From: Macrostomum lignano
Taxonomy: Eukaryota
Assembly: GCA_002269645.1 (NCBI GenBank)
Contig: NIVC01000896.1
Location: 62,001 to 126,000, forward strand
Direction: 5' to 3'
Length of the DNA stretch: 64,000 nt
Part shown: positions 58,601 through 64,000 of the stretch, in pieces
Layout: each line of letters begins with the position of its first letter
How positions within the stretch are numbered: position 1 is the stretch's first letter
Made by a program: the position numbers and the translations under genes
Notes under the pieces: model-generated
What the model was told of the DNA's origin: nothing
The model's input: only the letters and a program-made list of their open reading frames with translations
Database searches by the model: none

Positions 58601-61600
58601 TGTCGTATTCATAATATTCCGATTTCTTTGATTCTTCGATGTCACCGGTGATGCCCCAGTCTACTTGGGCACTGCAAGCCTAAAGTAGGTTGTTTCAAGA
58701 GTTGGCATTTCAAGGCAAATTCTTGAATACGAAAGACCCACAGCTCCCAGAATTTATAGCCACTGGAGTATTCGACTCTAATCCTATGAATTTATGACTG
58801 TATTGAGCTTTTAACATCTATTTAGAGATTTAAAATCGACTTACCGACATGGTCTGAGACAGAGTTGTAAGGAGTGGTGTTACTATGGCTTCCATTTGCT
58901 CTTTTCCCACCGAATCGCTGATGTGGCTAAGCGTGCCCACCATTTCAATAGCCTTGTTTTTGCAGCCAATCTACAAGCAGATCGGGAGGAAAGTTTTAAT
59001 GAAGCAGGCAGTGGTTTGTTTCTCACCAACTGAAAGCATGTGAAATCACTTCGACTATCTTGTCAAAAAGCCCAAACTGGATGCTGTCATTAGCGCGCTC
59101 TGTCATAAATTCGCACTGGGTGAGGCGCACATTGACAGAAGCACGCACACTTTTGGCAGGGTCTGAAAGTAGTACGCTGTCTTAACAGAGTGTAGCGGAA
59201 TTGTGAATTTTCGGTGGAGCCCGGCGGAAATCAGAGCAAGCTTGGTTCGGTAGGGCATCACGAACAATTAAATCGCAAACACTCAGAACTTGTTCACAAC
59301 GAAATTTTATCGTCAAGAAGACGTCTGCTGTGTCAACGGAGTAAAAGTACAGAAGGCTGCGTACGGCTGTTCAGTCCAATGACTGGGGGGTCATTGGGCA
59401 CACCCTCAATAACCGCAGCAAATGCTGGTTCCCATTTTCAGCTGGATGAACTGAGGCAATTCAGAGCTAAGTGTACTAGTATTTCTCAAGTAATTTATCC
59501 GAGTGGGTCAAGAATCGAACCCCCGACTTTTCAGTCGTGAGTCCATCGCTCTAAGCACTGTGCTACAATCACTTGGCTACAGCCCCCATTTTAGGGAATG
59601 AAATAAACGAATACTTCGTGATGATGAGCACTAATGAATTTGGCTGCTGTCATTCGTCAAACATTAACAGCGCCAGTGCGTGCTTATTCAGCCCTCCCTT
59701 TGAGAGTTGAGAGTATAAGTTAGAGCAAGCGCACATGACAATCGATAAAAATAGAAAGCCGCTTAAAGCAGCTTCCTTTTTGTCCTGCGATCGGAACAAA
59801 CAATGCAGTTGAGGAAGAATGATGAAGGCTCTGTTGTTCCTCGTCATGCTCTAACAAGAATGGAGCATGACGTTTCTACAGGAAGCCTTTGTTTTGGTTG
59901 CCAAACAGAAGAGAAGGGAATATGGGCTTTATTATTCTGCCTACGACTTTTTCTTATCTGCTGTCTCCTCCTGATGGTTGCATCCTGCTGGGGGACTCAC
60001 TCGGTCCAAGTTAGACAGTCAAGTCCAGTAGGTTTGGTTGCCAGGAGAAACGGTTTGTAACGCAATAAAAACTCGATTTGGGTTGTTCACCGTGACTTGG
60101 GCGAGATTTTTTTTAATTTTAGGCTTGCGGTGTTTTTTCAAAACAAAGAAGTGTGTTACCTAAGGGGTTGCCAGGCTACCTCCTGGGAAAAAAGCCTTAG
60201 CAAGTAATGCCCATACTGCCTCTCCGTTTTTTTTCACGCACATAAACGAAAAACATCCGTTGTGAACATCCGGTCCGACAAGTTATCCATTCCAATACAA
60301 CATTTAAAAAGGGCACGTGCACAATTTCGTTACCTGGGCACTTCTTGGCAGATCATCCATCGCTTCGGTGATGCCCTTCATGCTGCCGGCCACAAGTTCC
60401 ACCTGCTTGGCATCGGCCGTGGTCAGGGTTGTCAAAAAGGTCGTCAACTTTTTGAAAACTTCGGCCCGGTCATTGCGGTCCTTTTGGTAAACGGCTTGCA
60501 CGTCTGGGGGAAGAGCCTCGATTTTCTAGGAGCAAAATAAAATTTTATCAATAATTTTCTCATATCAACATTGAAAAACTGGGATATTAAAAAAATCAAA
60601 TTATTTTAGTCTTCCATTTTGAGCATGAAAGAAATACATGGACCATAGGACCGATGCACTTTACAATCCGTAGCGACTGAAGCAAATCCTGCTTCTCCGA
60701 TATTAGTGGGTACGGCAAATCGGATAAAAAATTCCGTTTCTATTAAGCTTAAGCTCTGTTTAAAGATGAAACCTTAAAAACACTTAGTCCCGAAAATTCG
60801 TACAACACTCGTACAGCAATCCGACATCCGCGATTTCGGCCGACATTTTCGACGTCTATCGACGTTGCTGGGAAATGGGAAAATTTACATTACACCAACG
60901 TTTGGCATATGTCAGTGTAATATGAAGATCCATTTGCCAGCGACATCCATAGACATTGGGTACGTCGGTTACACTCGGCTGTCGACGGAATGTTGCCGCG
61001 AAGACCAGCAATCGGAACGAAAATCTCAGACAGCGACATCCAGAAATGAATGCGACTCAACAATTAAAAATAATTCAGATGACAATTAACGGACACAACT
61101 GCGGCGCTGCTCTTTTTATAATCAAAGTATGCTTTACAAGCAACTTTCAGGTGAAAAAATGCAAAGGATCGCGCGCCTTGATTTAGAAAAACTCTCCGAT
61201 AAGTAAAATGGACGACTACAAACAAAATACTGTTTCAGAGGTTACCTGCGCTCCGCCACCCTGTAATTGTTTTAAAAGCATCGTGCAAATTGTGTTAGAA
61301 CCATCGGTGAACATAGTTGCTTACACTGTAAGAGATATAGTAAATTATAAACTAGTCTACTGTGTGTATGCATATATCAGCCTTGAGTGATAATATTTAT
61401 ATGTGCTCGTTGTGTCAAGTGTAAATGGAAAGATGTGACTTCATTCCAGCAAATAGCGAATGTTGAATAAATTTAAACTTCTGATAAACTCGTAAATTAC
61501 TTAATAGTTCAAAATGTAGTTTATACTCATAAAGATTACTTTTAGCTCTCTATACAATACTTATCTCACCTTATCCATCTACAATTTTAAACAAGTTTTT

Positions 61601-64000
61601 TTGCTGCGATAAAAGCGGTTTATTTGCAGTGAATCTACTCTGTATTTTCCAATAACACAAACAAAATTAGGCCTCAGAAACCAACGCTCGTAGATGAAAC
61701 AGTCACTCCGTTACTCACGCGCTCGCCATTCGTAGTTCCGTCTCCGTAGCCGCTGCCAGCTGTAGTGACGGAGTCGTCACCGGTCAGTTCTGAAAGAAAT
61801 ATTCGGGACGGTCTGGTTTGTTTAACTTGAACGGCAACACCTTAGGAACTTTTTTTCTGAAACAATACCGTCTCACTATAGTAAAAATAAAATAATAAAT
61901 TCTTACTAGAAATCTCCGAGTGACTCGATTCGACAACCAAGGCCGCGATGTTTTGCAGCTCATTGCAGGTGTCTTGCATGTCGCCCTTGTTCAGCGTTTT
62001 TAGCAGGGGCGCTGAGCCACCTAGGATACTCTTGATCACTGAGTCCGTGTGCGCCTTGCTCGGCTTAGAAAGCTGAATTGCAGAATTGAATAAAAACAAA
62101 CTAAGGAATTTAAGCAGAGTGCAGCGTAGAAACCAAAAATCGCAAAACAAATTTGATTTGACCAACCGAAATCTGCGTATAGTTGTTGCTAACAGTAGCG
62201 CCGTATACGTCAGAGACCACCACCTGAATGGTGACTACTTCACTAAAGAAAGGGAAAGGCCCGATGAAGTGCGGCTTGTGGTTGTAGCCCAGCAGAAGCG
62301 AGGAAGTTTTGCCATTGACTTCCTTGACCACTGAAATTAGTAAAATATTTGCAATGTAGATATGAGCTGTTAAATGGAGCCGATATTCACTTAATAATAT
62401 CGTAGGTGCAAGCTTGCCTACAGGATATACATATGGCAAACTTCCACACTTTATTTCTACTACAGCTAGGAGCTGCAACCCTTATCACAGAAAAATGAAC
62501 TTTGACTCAGTTAAAATAGTCTCCTACTCAATATTAGTGGAAGTCTTGATAGGTGACGCAAGCATAATCTTTTGCTTGCTTGCCGTGTCCATGTTTTCTT
62601 AGCTCGTTTTCTTAACTCGTAGCAGTTGGCTACACAGCAATAAGGTCCTAGATACCCGGGATATGATAAGGTGAAGCTGAAAAAGCTACTTACAGAAGAA
62701 CTTGTAGGAATCGATGCCGTCATCGTCGCGGTATCCGGAGCAGGTGATGTTGAAGCCTGAAATACCGGCCACTCCGCTGGTGGCGTTGCAGCTGCAGGTG
62801 CCTGCTGTAGGCATGGTGTTTGTGAACAACTGGATGCAGCCTTCGCCGTCGTAGTCCGTACCGTTAGCAACGTTCAAGCAGACTCGATATTTCCGCGAGT
62901 TGACACTATTAAACAAGCCCGGACTAAATGAGATTTCGCTGTTGGATGTTCCTTCAATGAACTGGGAACGCGTAGTATCGTCCACGTCAACCCAGACGTT
63001 CAAATGGTTTAAATACTTGACGTGCCAGCTGGTGGACTGGCACGCCGACGGGCTTTCGGAGCAATTACAGCTGCCAGAAAGTTGAACAGTTTCAGATGGG
63101 TTCACGATTTGAAAGTCTGTCATGGATGCCACTCTGCGGCAGGCTGATAAGAAGCGGCATCTAAAAATTCGAATGGTTTCAGTTTAAAACTAGCGTTCCA
63201 AAATGAGATTAAATACATTTTGTTTGATCTGAGATTAGGATTTGGACTTACCGGAGTACCACTGTAGCTGGAAGATTATCAACCATCTGAATTCTGATAG
63301 ATGCCTTGCCCTTGCGGCCAGACTTGGTCCCCTGCACTTTGAAGATGTAAGTTCGTCCAGACAGAAGGTTTCGACCGTCGAAGCAGAGCACTCCTGAGCC
63401 ATCGTTGCTAACAATACCCGGTGGTGAACTGAAACAGCCAGACGCTGCTGGCGGACTGCCGGTAAAATCGAAGCTGCTGGGCTTGGGCGTCTGTAGTGGC
63501 GTAAGGCTATTGTCAGAAGGTTCGGCTTCTCCCTCTTGGTAGCAGTGGTAGATCCAACCTCCGATGCCTTGGTTAGATACACTAGTCGAGTTAACGTCAG
63601 GATCCCGAGAGAACATTTTTGGTTGTAGGCATATTTGCCGTCTAGTTGTTAGCTTGACCTCGCTCATTCCGCCATTGTTTAGGGCGATAAATAGTGGAGA
63701 ACTGCCAACTTGCAGGTACATTGAAGTCGAATTGGCAAACTCCTCAATAGTTATTGAAGTGTTCATCACCACTCTCACGGTCACCTTGTATAGTCCAACA
63801 TCAAGGAAGAGCTTCGGCACTGCTAGGATTGTATTTCCAGAGGACGGCAAGGCTGTCACGTTCACGGATCCAATGACACCGAAGCTGATAGGATCAAGCT
63901 TATAGAAATACCACTCCCGCTTGTTACTGAGGGTCAATTCGCAGGGCAATTCAATTATTCGGCACTCAATGATAGCTTGATCGGAACGCAGGATTTCCCT
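52687..64000 (-). CDS. polycystin-1-like (PKD1L2/PKDREJ-type) protein, 5'-partial. Exons: >64000-63252, 63160-62694, 62330-62167, 62072-61907, 61789-61719, 60525-60334, 58970-58845, 58679-57192, 57099-56882, 56784-54092 (1-bp frameshift at ~56353), 53020-52687
   Basis: REJ-like region; GPS motif CYATRRNEDSWSTSGC...TQCLCSHLTSF; TM1; PLAT/LH2 domain (YEIVVSTGMRRGAGTESKV, LRIWHDNSG..ASWYC, NRWLAVEEDDG); HLWLS..RP..SRFTRVERVACC; a polycystin channel domain (WLDKQTRAIFLE...YNPNVNLF, KFVRLLRFN, NMFVAILNEAF). Splice phases are consistent. Confidence 0.92.
59355..59587 (-). mobile_element. tRNA-derived SINE, family 2, in a PKD1-like intron
   Basis: A-box-like TGTAGCACAGTG and B-box GGTTCGATTC (59521-59512). 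The body TTCATCCAGCTGAAAATGGGAACCAGCATT...GGACTGAACAGCCGTACGCAGCC is homologous to 4113-4248. Confidence 0.75.

Noticed and set aside
59842-59872. 10-bp perfect hairpin CGTCATGCTC/GAGCATGACG
   Set aside because: Isolated short stem; a few are expected by chance in 64 kb, and there is no supporting context.

Overview
Eukaryotic (metazoan) genomic DNA with spliceosomal GT-AG introns. Gene content, codon style and the density of minisatellites suggest a free-living flatworm such as Macrostomum; this is inference and was not verified. Layout: (1) 1-9.1 kb is an accessory patch containing a 22-bp minisatellite, tRNA-derived SINEs, a dead mariner, a fibrinogen-domain pseudogene, a 24-bp AP-1-site array, a secreted WSC-domain ORF, a PAN-like ORF and a MITE with a 9-bp TSD. 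(2) Three tandem SLC22 organic-ion transporter paralogues lie on the - strand (two with one intron, one intronless), with a composite Helitron-like, satellite-bearing element between them. (3) A multi-exon synaptotagmin-like (Slp/SYTL, tandem C2) gene on - ends less than 300 bp upstream of the intronless SLC22. (4) A ~2550-aa CSPG4/NG2/Kon-tiki-like gene on + is head-to-head with the Slp gene. (5) The 3' ~2220 codons of a polycystin-1-like gene (REJ-GPS-PLAT-TM-channel) lie on - and run off the right edge. Both long genes carry a single 1-bp deletion frameshift, most likely long-read assembly errors. No CRISPR array, rRNA or intact tRNA gene was found. Exon models were built by hand from splice signals and frame continuity; no database search was run.
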